Shown here piece by piece: positions 25,051-37,754 of a DNA stretch of 64,000 bases. Numbering within the stretch: position 1 is the first letter of the stretch; each line of letters opens with the position of its first letter. A model generated the notes under the pieces. The model did no database searches. It was not told the DNA's origin and worked only from the letters and a program-made list of their open reading frames with translations. Position numbers and translations under genes: made by a program. Origin of the DNA: Vicugna vicugna (lineage: Eukaryota); assembly GCA_013265495.1 (NCBI GenBank), contig MU061579.1, positions 7,292,124 through 7,356,123 on the forward strand. The letters run 5' to 3'.

Positions 25051-26059
25051 ATGCTTCAAATGCATATAAAACACATATCACTGTACCTGGCACATAGTAA
25101 ATGTTCAGTAAATGTTTGACATCATGAACCCAGCTGCTCCTTGCAATAGTCAGTTAATGCTGAAGGTTGGTGAAGAACCCATAGTACTTGTGCTCTCCAG
25201 TGGGGAGATTCCCTGCATCCCCTGTGAGTCTGAGTTCTCTGACTGTTGAATGTGACTAGAAAAAGGACATTAAAGAAGCAGCCTGACGAATTTGTCTTCT
25301 GAGGTTCAGGTTTGATAAAACTCCCAGGCAAATCTGTCTTATTCCAAGTGAACTATTCACAGTAGAGTTTCCAGGAAGAGTAAACATAAAATAGAATTCT
25401 GTTTAACCACCCCAGGGTTGGGACTAAGGTGATAAAAAGGCTTCAATAAATGTAGTATCTGTCAATCTGGTGTCTTCTCCAGGGTTACCCTTCAGAAAAC
25501 AAACACTAGACAAGATGGTGCATTTTATAGGGAATGTAGCCAATTAACAGCCTAGATAGATAATCAGCAAACAGAATTGACTGGAGAAAGTCTCAAACAC
25601 AGATGGACTGGTTTGATTAAGAGTTTCTTTATCATAGTTCAGAAGGAAGCTATGATTACCAAAACAGCCATCAACAGAAAGGAACTTATGGCTGCATGGA
25701 CCAGAGAAAATTTAGCAGTTCCTCAAGTATGGATCAGAAGAGGGTAGTTGACGTGTTTGCCAACTACCAATATCTATAGGGAATGTTTATCATTTAACCT
25801 GTATGTTTGGTCTTCCCAATGAACCATCCTCACTAAAGCTCTGAGGACCTCAACATGATGGTCAACAACTACCCTTGACTATAGACTAAATTCTCCCTAG
25901 CAAATCTCAGTTCCCTAATTTTTCAAGACAAGAGCAGTCTATCAAATATATATATATTTCAAAGGAACCTGAAAAGATGGACACAAAATATTCATGGAGA
26001 TAACTTTGATCCCTCCAAATAGTCTTTCTCTGTTCATCCTTGAAATCTCTATTTGCTTG

Positions 26060-26769
26060 TTTCTCATATTCAAACTGTCACTGAGTCCTAAATATACCTG
26101 GCATCCACCCTCCTCTCTCTGTAACCACCCCTATAGACTGTGCTTCCTTCATATTCACCTGCGTTACTCCAATGGTCTTATCTGACTGGTTCCATACTTA
26201 TATCTTAGCCCTCACCTACCTCTGCCCTACACTACCACCAGCGATTTTCAAAACATAAATCTGATGACTTTACCACTTTCTCCCTCCACCAAAGCACTTA
26301 GATGGCTTCCCATTGCTTTGAAGATAAATACCAAGTCCTCAACGTGACCACAAGGTCCTGCATGATTTGGCTCCTGCCCACCTTTCCAACTTCATGCTCT
26401 CCCCAGCTGCCAACCACACTCAGATCACATCTTGCTTTCTCTTGCCACAGGGCCTTTGAATATTCAGTTGCCACTATCTAGGAAGTTCTTTACCTCTCTC
26501 TTCACCTAGTCAAATCCCATCCTTTCTTCAGGTTTCATCTCAAATCATCATTTATCAAGGAGGGCTTCCTTAATCTTGTAGTACTTACCACAGTTAAAAA
26601 GTTTCCACTTACTTGTTTCATTGATTAATAACCAACCAAATAGAGTAAACAGCAAGCTCCTTGAGGACAGAGATGACGTAGTATTTTGCTCATTTTTGTG
26701 TCACTATTACTGGGCTTAGAGGCTGGCATATGAGGGTGCTCAATGAATATTTGTTGAATGAATAAATGC
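26060..26769 (+). mobile_element. L2 LINE 3' end
   Basis: acataaatctgat...gatggcttcccattgc...cagggcctttg...aagctccttgaggacagaga...tgctcaatgaatatttgttgaatgaat. Confidence 0.85.
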
Positions 26770-28110
26770 GTGAGTTACTGAATCACATTTCAAGGTAGCA
26801 CAGCCAAGAGTGATCTTTAGCCAGATTTTGGGCTTCTCTGATGCTATGTTGGAGGTAAAACTGCCTCCAGGAATTGAGGAAGACACATGACTCATGAATC
26901 ATGATCCATGACCCAAAAAGCCGTGCCTATGCCCATACTCTGAAAAGTGCTGACTGAAACTGGTGAAGCTGTTCATCCAGTAAAGGAGCGCCCCATGAGA
27001 AAGGAGACTGTAATAGGCCCATAGGAAAAATAACCCCTAATGACACATGTGCTGCTCGTCCTCGTGGTAAGAGGGAGGCTCGCCCTGAGTGGAGATACGA
27101 TCAGTTGCCATTTTCCCAGCCTGACATCTGACTTTGTTTATTGTAACCAGAATCAGCATGTTCAATATACATACCCAATGAGCAAGTCCTAGTGTCTCAA
27201 ATAGAGGAGAGTGGACAAAGGGGAAAATGAAAGCCCAGGATCCATTTCAGAGGTGATGTCAGCTAGAAAGTGAATGGAGAAAGAGCTAGAGGTAGAGTTG
27301 GAGCTAAAGGAAGAGTGTTTCCCACAGCTCTAGCATAGTGAGGTCCAAAGAAAGTAGGGAGGTTCCAGTTGTAAGGATTGAAATTACTTGAATAGGTTAA
27401 GATTAGAGCGCATCAGATACTCAACTATCAAAAGGTTAACCTTTGTTGCAAGTTTCTGCTTAATCCTGAGAAAGGAGCTGCCTTGAAATGCATCTGAAAC
27501 CATGGTAAAATGATTACTTGAATGACTTCTTACAGGGATGGGCTTTCTAGCTACCAAGACAATTTGTCCTTGTGATTTCTCCCTGTCAACACTGAAAAGT
27601 TAGAAGACATTTTATTTCACTGGAAAATGACCTTAATCTATTGGAGAAAGCCTCATATGAAACGTTCTACTCCAGACCAGAGATGTTTAGTGTAGGTCAA
27701 GTCCACATCACAGGCTTTCAGTTACAGTCTAAGAAATTACAGTCATAATAGACCCTCGGTGCATGAAATGTGGACTCAATGGGTGGTTGCAATATGGTAC
27801 TGAGTGTATGCAGTCACATATCCAATATTGAAACCCAAAACACGACATCTGGGTCAGTGAAAGGAATAAAAAGGAAACATGCAAAACGTGTTTGCCCCAC
27901 CTTTGAGACAGAGCATAATTAGGATCATTATTCAGCACCATGATGCTTCTGTTCGGCCTGCTTAGGAGCTGTGGTGTCACTGTCTGTGGATTTGTGAAAG
28001 TCACGCAAGGGTAGATAGGCTCAGTGTGGCACAAAACCTGCCAGCTGCCGACGCTCTTTTCTACCATTCTTCATTCTAAGAAGGCATAGTCTTTAAAAAT
28101 TCAGTGTTCA

Positions 28111-28527
28111 CCTTCCGCCGTGGCAGCCATTGGGAAGCAGCAGCCGTGGCTCTGCGCTACCCCGTGGCCGTGGGCCTCAGCAAAGGCCACAAGGTGACGA
28201 AGAACGTGAGCAAGCCGAGGCGCAGCCGCCGCCGCGGGCACCTCAGCAAGCACACCAGGTTCGTGCGGGACATGGCCCGGGACGTGTGTGGCGTCGCCCT
28301 TTATGAGCGGCGGGCCGTGCAGCTGCTCAAGGTCTGCAAGGACAAGCGGGCCCTCAAGTTCACCAAGAAATGGGTGGGGACACACATCCGCGCCAGAGGA
28401 AGAGAGAGGAGCTGAGCAACGTCCTGGCCGCCATGAGGGAAGCGGCGCCAAGAGGGACTGAGCCCCTCCCACCCGTCTGCGCGTAATAAAACCTTTTCAG
28501 AAAAATAAAATAAAATAAATAAAATGA
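28111..28527 (+). pseudogene. RPL36: Processed pseudogene of 60S ribosomal protein L36 (eL36), full-length mRNA copy
   Basis: CDS remnant 28146-28461 ([25 protein letters not shown]...VGTHIRA...[11 protein letters not shown]); ATG mutated to GTG; two 1-bp frameshifts near 28395 and 28448; no introns; AATAAA 28485-28490; A-rich tail; TSDs 28095-28110 and 28528-28543 (14/16). Confidence 0.97.
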
Positions 28528-30049
28528 AATAATGCAGTGTTCAAAATGGTACCAAGGGGATCTTTGGTGCCTCTGGTAGTGTTGAAGTTCCTGGTTCCAG
28601 TGTCTGTAACTATACTATAAAATTTGTAGAACGGGGTCACCTCTGTACCGTAGAACAATCCCACCCCTTTCTAGTACCAATTCTTGGGAACAAGGTCCCA
28701 AGAATAGAATAGAATCAACAATGAAGGGAAAATGCTGAGCTACTGGATGTACTCTACTTGAACCAGAAAAATACACGATTCAAAATTGCAATTGGCAAGT
28801 CTCCACAATGCCTGGTGGTGGGAACTTTTCAGTGTTATTAGTAAGAATATTTTTATGTGCTTAAAAAAATGCATTATTTGAGAATAGGCATAAAGTCAAC
28901 CTCATACCCATATCTATATACACTATGATCATACCATGCATTTCATTTTCTAGAAATGCAGTGACTCACTCCAACGTTTACAAAATAAGAAAAATAACTT
29001 TAAACAATTTTTAATATTATTGGAGATCTGTTCAGAATCAGATGGATCTATGTTTGAATTTATCTTCTTAAACACTATATAGAAATTATTTTCACTTACA
29101 CTCTAGTTTTAAATGATAAATTCTAGTATAAGCTGTTTAACTCGGTTAAAAAAAGGCTTCCAAAGGGGCTCAGAGAATAACAACAAATATAATTAGCATC
29201 AAGTAAAAAAAACTGTAGTCAAGGATTCAAGTGAATTATTCTTAGTTCCTTACTAGTTTCATTTACTAAATGGAAATCAAGCTTGTATCGATTTTTTAAA
29301 TGCTAGGATCATAAAGAAACTTTAAAAATTTTAGCACAAGATGTCTTTGCTAGAGACACTGATTTATTAATATATTTCAACCTAGATACAATAGGAATCT
29401 TTAACTGCACTGTCCTGAGCACAAATCCGTAAATCAGCTGGTGGATTTTCCAACAAGTAAATGTAAGCATACTTGAGGAGCCGGAAAAATATTTTTGAGC
29501 AGTTCATTCCACTTGCATTGGAGTTTCAACCACTTCCCTGTGAAATGTCACACATTATACTGCAAATGTGCCAGTGTTTGTTGACAGGCTGTCTCTGAGT
29601 AATCACTTTACACTCAAGTGGACATTCTGGACACCATGTCTAGACGTCTGCTTATTCAACTAGAACTCGGGGCTTCCTGGGACTCATCCCAGCCTTGTAC
29701 TCTCTGCTTAGCCCTCGGTGAATCACTGCCAATCCCCAGAGTCACATTTTTCAGTCTATCAAATTGGATGAAACTCTGCCAGCCTTTTCATCTTCTGTTC
29801 TGTACAACTCTCTGTGCTAGACAAAAATATCATCTCTAAGAATTCTCATGAGGTCTGAATAGATGATTCTGAGAAGAAACATGCTGTGTCAATAGATGTA
29901 AGGCACTTATGATGACATAATTGAACATCCTTATAAAAGTATTGCAAACAAGACAGAATATATTAACTGCTGAGATAAAGGTCAAATGTTCAGCAGAGAA
30001 TCACTTTCCTGGCTGCAAAAGTAATACATGTTGGGTTTGGAAAACTGAA

Positions 30050-30275
30050 GAGGTCAGGTTCTGGGAAGGGGCAAAATAAGAGAAGGGAATTAAGAGGTAC
30101 AAAGTCCTAGGTATAAAACAAGTAAATTACAAGGGTGTAATGTACAGCACAGGGAACATAGTCAATATTTTATAATAATTTTGTATGGAGTATAATCTAT
30201 AAAAATATCAAATGACTATGTTGTACACCTGAAATTAATATAATATTATAAGTAAACTATACTTCAATTTAAAAA
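30050..30275 (+). mobile_element. L1 3' UTR fragment (L1MA/laurasiatherian type)
   Basis: aagaggtacaaa...taatgtacagcacagggaacatagtcaatatttta...tgttgtacacctgaaattaat...actatacttcaatttaaaaa. Confidence 0.85.
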
Positions 30276-30630
30276 GAACTGTCAAGGTCATTAAAAAAAC
30301 AAGGAAAGTCTGAGAAACTGTCACAGCCAAGAGGAGCCAAAAGAGACACAACAACTGAATGCAATGTGGGATCCTAGATGAAATTCTGGAACAAAAAGAC
30401 AAGATATTAGGTTAAAAAAAACAAGGAAATCTAAAAAGATTATGGATTGTAATTAATAATAATGTGTCAATATTGGCTCATTAACTGTGACAAATGTACT
30501 ATACTTACATAAGGTGTTACTAATAAAGGGAACTGGGTTTAGGGGAGGGTATATGCAAACTCTCTGTACTGTTCTCCCAACTTTTCTGTTGTAATCTAAA
30601 TCTGACCTAAAAAGAAAACCCTAACTAAAA
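30276..30630 (+). mobile_element. L1MC/MD 3' end fragment
   Basis: tgtcaaggtcat...aaggaaagtctgagaaactgtcacagccaagaggagcc...aatattggctcattaactgtgacaaatgtac. Confidence 0.8.
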
Positions 30631-31687
30631 AATCAATTTTATAGCCTTTATGAGGAGTCTGAGGAGAAGGCTACATCACACCTCACCCAGCTAAGCTTAA
30701 TCACACTCCTCCATTAACCTCATCTGTTCTCTCTCCACACTCTTCTTCCTCCCACCCAGGTGTCTGTTTTCTATATTCACCTCCCATCAATTTTCTATTC
30801 CCATCCAATATAAGCAGCTCCGAGAAATCCCCAAGCAATTCAGTTCTTGTCCTCAGCCTGCAAAGTCCACTCAGTAGAATAAATTCCCAAATTCAGCTGA
30901 ACAGCAATCAAACCTTGTCCGTTGAGCATGGTCCTTGGATGGATTCACTCTTCTACCATATCCAATTTAGGGACATGTTCTAAAATGGTTTCATTCTGAC
31001 TCAGTGTGTGGTTTCCAGAGAAATACCAAAACAACTCCTAAAGTAAAAAATTTATGTGGAAGAAGCTCTTAAATCTAACCTCAAACAGAGAGACAGCATC
31101 CAAAAGCCTATAGGATTGGAGGAGATTGTATAAAGCTCAATTATGATCACCATAAAAATTACAAAGTAAAGAAAGGGGCTTAAAGTGCAGGTGCTTAACA
31201 AGCTGAGAGGCAAAATCGAAGCCTGCCAAAAGAATACAAAAAAAGCAAAGCTCAGGGGAAAGTTTCCCTTTGAATTCTAGGCTCTCCAATGCCCAATTAT
31301 CTCCTGATGTTAGACGCTGCTCACACAGAGGCTCAGCGCTCCTCAGATGTGGCAATGGTTTGTGCGGACTCGCCCATTCAGTCCCCTAATTTTTCTGGGT
31401 TAAACAACAAACAGTCATCTGAAAGAGCCAGGAGTGCCCAGGGTGACTAAGAGGCAGCAGTGTCAAATGCCTATCACCTTGGCCACATTCTCATTATCCT
31501 CTGCCCACACTGAGTTCAGTAGGCAGAGAGGGAAACACCATAACTCTTGAAGCTATGGAATCTTTTAATAAACCACAGCAGGAAGGCTCTTTAATGGTTA
31601 ACTAGCTAGTGGCATAAGCCAGCGATGCCCGCCAGAAAGAAGCAAAATAATAAAATAGCATTCTTCTTAAAAGAACCGTTATATTTA

Positions 31688-31765
31688 TTTTCTAAATTTT
31701 AAAATTAATTTATTTTTATTGAAGTATTGTTGATTTATAATGTAGTGTTAGTATCAGGTGTACAG
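31688..31765 (-). mobile_element. Very short L1 3'-terminal insertion with TSD
   Basis: tttttattgaagtattgttgatttataatgt...tcaggtgtacag flanked by aaaagaaccgttatattta (31669-31687) and aaaaaaaccattatattta (31766-31784). Confidence 0.75.
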
Positions 31766-32449
31766 AAAAAAACCATTATATTTAAATGTTGGTGAGGGTG
31801 CATATGCAAAATGACAGCACTCCACTTTGAAAGTCTTCTGTGTCCAAGATACATTTGTTTTAAAAAATAAATACACGATTTTACCTAGTGCTGCCCTTCT
31901 AGTAAAGGCTGAGCAATCTGTACCCTACCCCTCATTCTTTGCACTTGTACACAAATCTCTACAGCTTACCTATGTTTCCTGCCCTCCCATCATTGTATCC
32001 TCAGAAGAAAACAGGACTGAAGGCGGAGGAGTCAGAGCCAAGAGGCTTGCGGGTCAGGAAGTCAGAGAGCCAGCTAGGGCAGAAGTGGAGCTCACCAACG
32101 GCCGTCATGGCCAGAACGAGGAGCTGCCCTAGGGAAGAAGCTGTATGATGCGAGGCAGGGAGAGGGTTGGAACAAACCTCGCCAAGAATCACTAAGAGCC
32201 AAGGAGAATTAGGGGCCCAGACCTAAAACCTCCACATCTCCAATTCATACCTTGCCCACCTCAGGAAATTCTGGTAATGTATTCTATCATTGCTCCTACT
32301 CCTGCACACCTCGTGTAGTAAATAACAGACTTCGGGAGGTTTTACAGTACTCATGCATTCCTTTCTTAAAAGACTCATCAGAGGTTTCTTGATGGGAAGA
32401 GTATCAGGAACGTGGGGCCATGATTTAAAACTGCCACAGTAGCTTTTGA

Positions 32450-32866
32450 TACTAACTGAGTTAGTTCTGAGTCATCACTGAGAAATTTGACTGCCCTGAG
32501 GTTGCCAGGCTCTAAGGAAGCCAAGCCACGTGGAAAGGCCGTGTGTGTAAGCGCTGCTGTGAACAATCTTAGCTGGGCACATTCTTTAGCCATCTCAGCT
32601 CAGGCACTAGGTGCTTGAGTAGAAAAACCACTGTGAGAGTGGATCCCCCAGCCCCAGCCATTCCAACCCTCACCCATTCGATTTACCCTCAGCCATTTGA
32701 GTCACTCCAACTCAGATCCCAGACATCACGGAGAAGAGAAGAGTTGTTTCTGCCATGCCCTTTCTGAATTCCTGATCCAAGGAATCCATGGGCATAACAA
32801 AGATGGTTGTTGTTTTAACACCCATAGCTTGGTGGGGTTTGTTACTTGGCAACAGATAACTGGAGC
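32450..32866 (+). mobile_element. MLT1 (F/G-like) MaLR LTR, 3' part
   Basis: cccagacatcacggag...ctgaattcctga...gaatccatgggcataacaaa...gtttgttacttggcaacagataactgga. Confidence 0.75.
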
Positions 32867-34887
32867 CACCACTCCACATCAAGTACTTATTCTGTACCGA
32901 CATCCTTACACGTATCCTCTAGGCCTTAGAGTGCTATCAGGTGAACAGTATTAAATAGATGAGAAAACTGAGGCTTAGAGAGGCAAAGATCTTTTTATGG
33001 ATCACATCTCTGGAAGTGATGATGGTGGGGTTAAAGTCCGTGCTCATGCAGGTCTGAAGCCGAGGCTCTTACCAGCTTCAGGGACCAAGGGAAACCTTCT
33101 GATTGGAAGGGAGACAGAGGTAGAGAGAAAGGCCTTTACTTCTTCCCAAATATGTGTTGATCCCTCCACCTTAATAAATATTAACAATAAGTGCTCCATT
33201 CTCTTGAACATTTCTCTTCTTAATTCTATATCTTCCCAAGGATGAGAGATGCTTACCCACTGAGAAATATCTCCATGTTCTTCATAATTTGGAGGGGGAA
33301 GAGTAACTACCTTTTCATATAGTTTTTGAAGTTACTTTCTTTGCTTGCTTGAGATCATCAAATGATCTGACTGGGCTGCTAACTAGGTTTTTGTTGGTGA
33401 CCCAGATGGGAAATTCACTCTCTTTTTCTCTCTCTCAATTTCTCTCTCTCTCTGGTTTTGTTTGTTTTTACATTCTTAATCTATTTGGAGTTTCTGGGCC
33501 ATGACTCCTCAGCTTCAAGGAAGGAAGGTGTTACATGGTTCACTTGGCTGGATTCAGTTTATACATCAATTTATCCTTCTGTTCACTCCCAAAAGCTTGC
33601 AGTCCCCACTCATACTAACCACTGCAATCGCAGCCCAGAAAGTGATCAAGGAAATATCAATGTTTAAAGTTTTCAATGGGGAAAAATGAGCTGCTTCCTT
33701 CTTGTTAATTTAGCTAACGTGGGTTAGCAAGGACAGTGTTACTTACTAAGGATATGTCGAAACTGCTTCTATAACTTGTCTTACTAAACTCATAGCAGAG
33801 AAGCCAGTGTCACAGAAATAATTTGACAGAAATAGAATAGAGATGTCAGAGCAATTTTAGCAAGCTTAGGATATTTATTAATTCTTATCCAAAATAATTC
33901 ATCTCAGTGCTTCATTAGCAGCCACTGTTAACAAGTTATCCTGTAAAAAATTGGCTAAGTTTATAATATCTTTGGAGGAAATAGATTCTAGATCCAAGAA
34001 TTTCAAAATGTTCTATCAAATTCATAAGCTGTCCAGGGATATGTTTTCACAGGTGTGAAATATCTAGCCCCTACTTCATTGGTAATGAGTGTTGAGAAAA
34101 ATGTCATAACAATTTATAAAAATTCTGTTATTCGAACTATCTATTCTTGCCTTTTCATTCATTTCTGTCATTAAAGAATGTTAATGGAGTATTAATATTA
34201 TTAAAAATATGAAGATATCAGACAATAAAAAGGTATAGAGAGTCTTTTTTGGATCTTTAAAAAGCTGGGAAACTGATTTCTCATCTTGCAGAAACACTAA
34301 AAGTTTACTCTAAGTTTAAACGTTCTCAACAGAATTTTCCCCTCAGAAACCATTGTATCTCATGCCTTAACAGTTGTTTGTGATCAGCTTCCATGTTACA
34401 AAATAGTAAAGAGGAGGACCTCGAATTTAACACAGTAACCTCTACATAAGTCACAACTGTCCTTACACCACTTAGTACCCTGTTCAGATCAGCTGAGGTG
34501 TTTTTTACATACGCGACTTCCTTGATGAAAGAAACGGTGCAGGTCCTCAATCACGGTGACCTCTCCAAAACGGTGCTCTGTCCCTGCCGCCGTTCCATCC
34601 GAACACGCTTCTCCCTAAAAGTTAAACTTCAAACCACGTTTGCTAACATTGATCACATGCTTGGATCTCATGGAGGTACCAAGAATTGCTCTAAAGGTTT
34701 CTTTCTAATTGCTCACTTCCAGTTTCTGTCCTTACCTCACAGCAGATAGGGAGGGACTGGTTCACAGGTCAGCACTGTTGCCGACAGGGTTGCTAGCAGC
34801 GCTCCTCCAGTCAGTCGCGCTCGGACTGTCTTCCTCAGTGAGGTCTGGGGATCAGTAAAGCAAAGTGTGTGTTAGCAAACTAATTTT

Positions 34888-35209
34888 TTTTTCATTTCTT
34901 TTTTTTCTTTTACTTTTTTTTTTTTTTACTGAAGTGTAGTTGAAACTAACAATGTTACTTTCAGGTGTACAGAAAAGCTATTCAGTTATACATATACATA
35001 CAATTTTAAAAAAATTCTTTTCCATTACAGCACATTACAAGAAATTGAATATAGCTCCCCTTGCTATACAGTAAGCCCTTGTTGTTTATCTATTTTATAT
35101 TTAGTAGTATACATCTGTTAATCCCAAACTCTTAATTTATCCCTCCCCCCGCCTTTCCTCTTTGGTAACCATAATTTGATTTCTCTGTTAGTGAGTCTAT
35201 TTCTGGTTT
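34888..35209 (-). mobile_element. Lineage-specific L1 3' UTR insertion with long poly(A) and TSD
   Basis: T-tract then tgaagtgtagttg...tcaggtgtacag...tttggtaaccataa...gtgagtctatttctg; TSD tagcaaactaatttt (34873-34887) and taacaaactaatttt (35210-35224). Confidence 0.9.
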
Positions 35210-35609
35210 TAACAAACTAATTTTAACTATTGCTACAACTCCCCACAGTTAATTAAACCTGACGTAGCCATATGGAACAGCATTTAGTGTACAGTGACAT
35301 GTGAAAATATGCTGAAGATATGCTGGATCCTGAAAAAGTTCCATCTTCCTGTAACTATTGATAGGATCTTAGCTTGTTAGATAAATAACCCAGTTATTAT
35401 ATAATAAAAATAATACTATGTTATAAAACATAATGCAGCAGGAAAGAACCTGTCATTTATCAAATGATGATGGGTGTCATATTCTCCAGTTAACTTATTT
35501 TTGAAACAAAAATTAGTTTCTCAAATATTAGTGGTTACGTATTTAAATTGAAGGTGTTTTGAAGTAGGTCCTCTGAACTTGAGTCCAAAATATGGTTGTT
35601 AAAGTCTCC

Positions 35610-36030
35610 TCCCCTGCACCCCTTGTTTACTGGGTTTTAGCCACATCGGTCCCCTTTTCTCCCCCTTGGGCTCTCCAGACTCCATGCACTTGCTCTTTCC
35701 TCTATCTGCATTTCTTCTGCCATCAATTCTCCAAGATGTTGCTTCCTTCTCATCCTCAGACTCCACTGAAAAGTCCTTCTCTGGGAGGACATTGCTCAAT
35801 GCCCAGTCCACAGGATGACTCTGTCCCTCTCATGTCTCTCTCAAGCCTCTGCAAAGCATTTCTCGCTAATTATGTTTTCAGTGTCTGTCTACAGCCTCTA
35901 GAAGGGGGCCCCGATTAGAGAACGACGTGGTCTTTCTCGTCCACTGCTACATCACCCACGGGTCACACAGGGCCTGGCCCATGGTAGGTGCTTAATAATT
36001 ATTTGTTGAATGAATGAAAGATGAATGAAG
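35610..36030 (+). mobile_element. L2 LINE 3' end
   Basis: gcctggcccatggtaggtgcttaataattatttgttgaatgaatgaa. Confidence 0.7.
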
Positions 36031-36529
36031 ACCACGACATGAGTCTGGAGTTTATTTCTAAGGACAGTTGGGCTCTGTGCTCAGTACAGGAGGTACAAAG
36101 ATGTATGGCATGGTCCCTGCTCACTGTTTGTGTCTACTCGAAAAATGACACATGCACAAATCACTGCAAGTCACATCAGAGTAAGTTGGGTGCCATAGGA
36201 AAGCCACAAGTTAGTCTCATGGTCCAGAGGAGAAAGAAGTCACTTTTGGCTTAATAAAGAGGGTGATATTTGGGTTGAGCCTTGATGGATGAGCACAGTT
36301 TGGATGAGGAGAGATTTTTACAGGCAAGGCAAGAATGTCAGTGCATCCCTAAACCTTAGGCTGCAAACCTGGATTCTTATATGGAGCAAGTGCAGGGACC
36401 TGCTAATATAGGAGCTTAGGTGTCTGTAAGAATAAAGCCTCACTCTGAACCCTGAAGTTCAATTTGTCTGAGACTGCTTTAGCATTATGTGTATATTCAC
36501 TAAAAATATGTAAGGTAAGTAGTGAGAAG

Positions 36530-36885
36530 ACAGTTGCTCAGCTATTTCTGAGCAGTCTTATAAGTTTCAGTTATGCAAGATGAAGAAATTCTAGAGATCT
36601 GCTGTACGACATGGTACCTCTAGTTAATAATACGGCCTTGTGCACCATGAAATTTGTTGAGAGAATAGATCTCATGTTAGGTCTTACTACACACAAACAC
36701 ACACATACACATACACATACACGCACAAAAGAAAACCCAAGGAATTTTTTGGAAGTAAGATATGTTTAGTTCCTTGATTTGGTAATGGTATCATGGGTGT
36801 TTGCATATGTCCAAACTCATCAAAATGTTTACATTAAGTATGGAAAATTATTTGTATATCAATTACACCTTAATAAAAATTTTTT
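36530..36885 (+). mobile_element. L1MA10/L1MB-like 3' end
   Basis: gtttcagttatgcaagatgaa...ttctagagatctgctgtac...gtccaaactcatcaaaatg...tcaattacaccttaataaa. Confidence 0.85.
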
Positions 36886-37754
36886 AAAGATTAATTAACT
36901 AATTATTAAATAAAGTATTTGAACTTGATATAAAGAAGAAATGAGAAGATTCTCAAGAAAATTGATCGGTTTTGAGAGCGATGATTTCATAAGCTACATT
37001 AATCAGCATGAACTGGAGGCAATAGCTGAGATATTCATAGTTTGGATGTTTTATTAAAAATTCAGTAGGAGAAATTTCCTTCAGGTTGAATTAGAAATTT
37101 TAATTATTCATATCACCTGCTAATAGGAAATGTTAAGTTAAAGTTTTAGGTGTAAGAACGCAATTTAAATAACTCAAACCATTTTCATTAATCCTTAGCG
37201 TACATTTGATGGATACTTTTTTCAAAATAATATATGTGTAAATCTGGCCCTAAAGTTTAAAAGTATTTCACATACATCGTTTGTTGAGCAAAATAGTTCT
37301 ATGAGAGAGGTAGCTAAATCAGAAATTACCTCTGCTTAGAGAAACAAAACCAAAAGCCTTTAGCAGCCAAGTTACTGTGAGTCATAAGGCTGTTTAATCT
37401 CAGACCTGGAACCTGAATCCTGTTCAGAAGGGTTGTCAGTCTCTCTCTTATAGATGTGGCCCTGTGAGGGAAATGCGTAAATGTGTAAAACTCAACTGAA
37501 TCCTTAGAAATATGCCAACTCTTGAAAGAAATCTAGGGTTGGAGTCACCAGTGGAAAGGACAGAAAACATGGGAAGGAGGGGGAGAATGCACCTGGCGCA
37601 CCATTGTTGTACCTTTCCCCATCTCATCGCTCCTTGTTTCCCGCTTCCTCACAGCCTGTGAGCACCACTTTAACAAACTATCGCAGGCCTGTTTTGGGGA
37701 TCTGAAATTAATTATTGATTTTCCTTTCTAACTTCCCTGTTAAATCATAAGCTG

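Noticed and set aside
28104..28415. 103-aa plus-strand ORF as a functional RPL36 gene
   Set aside because: Starts at a GTG inside the TSD, the true ATG is mutated, and it frameshifts after IRA.
28101..28472. 123-aa minus-strand ORF
   Set aside because: Antisense shadow of the GC-rich RPL36 pseudogene.
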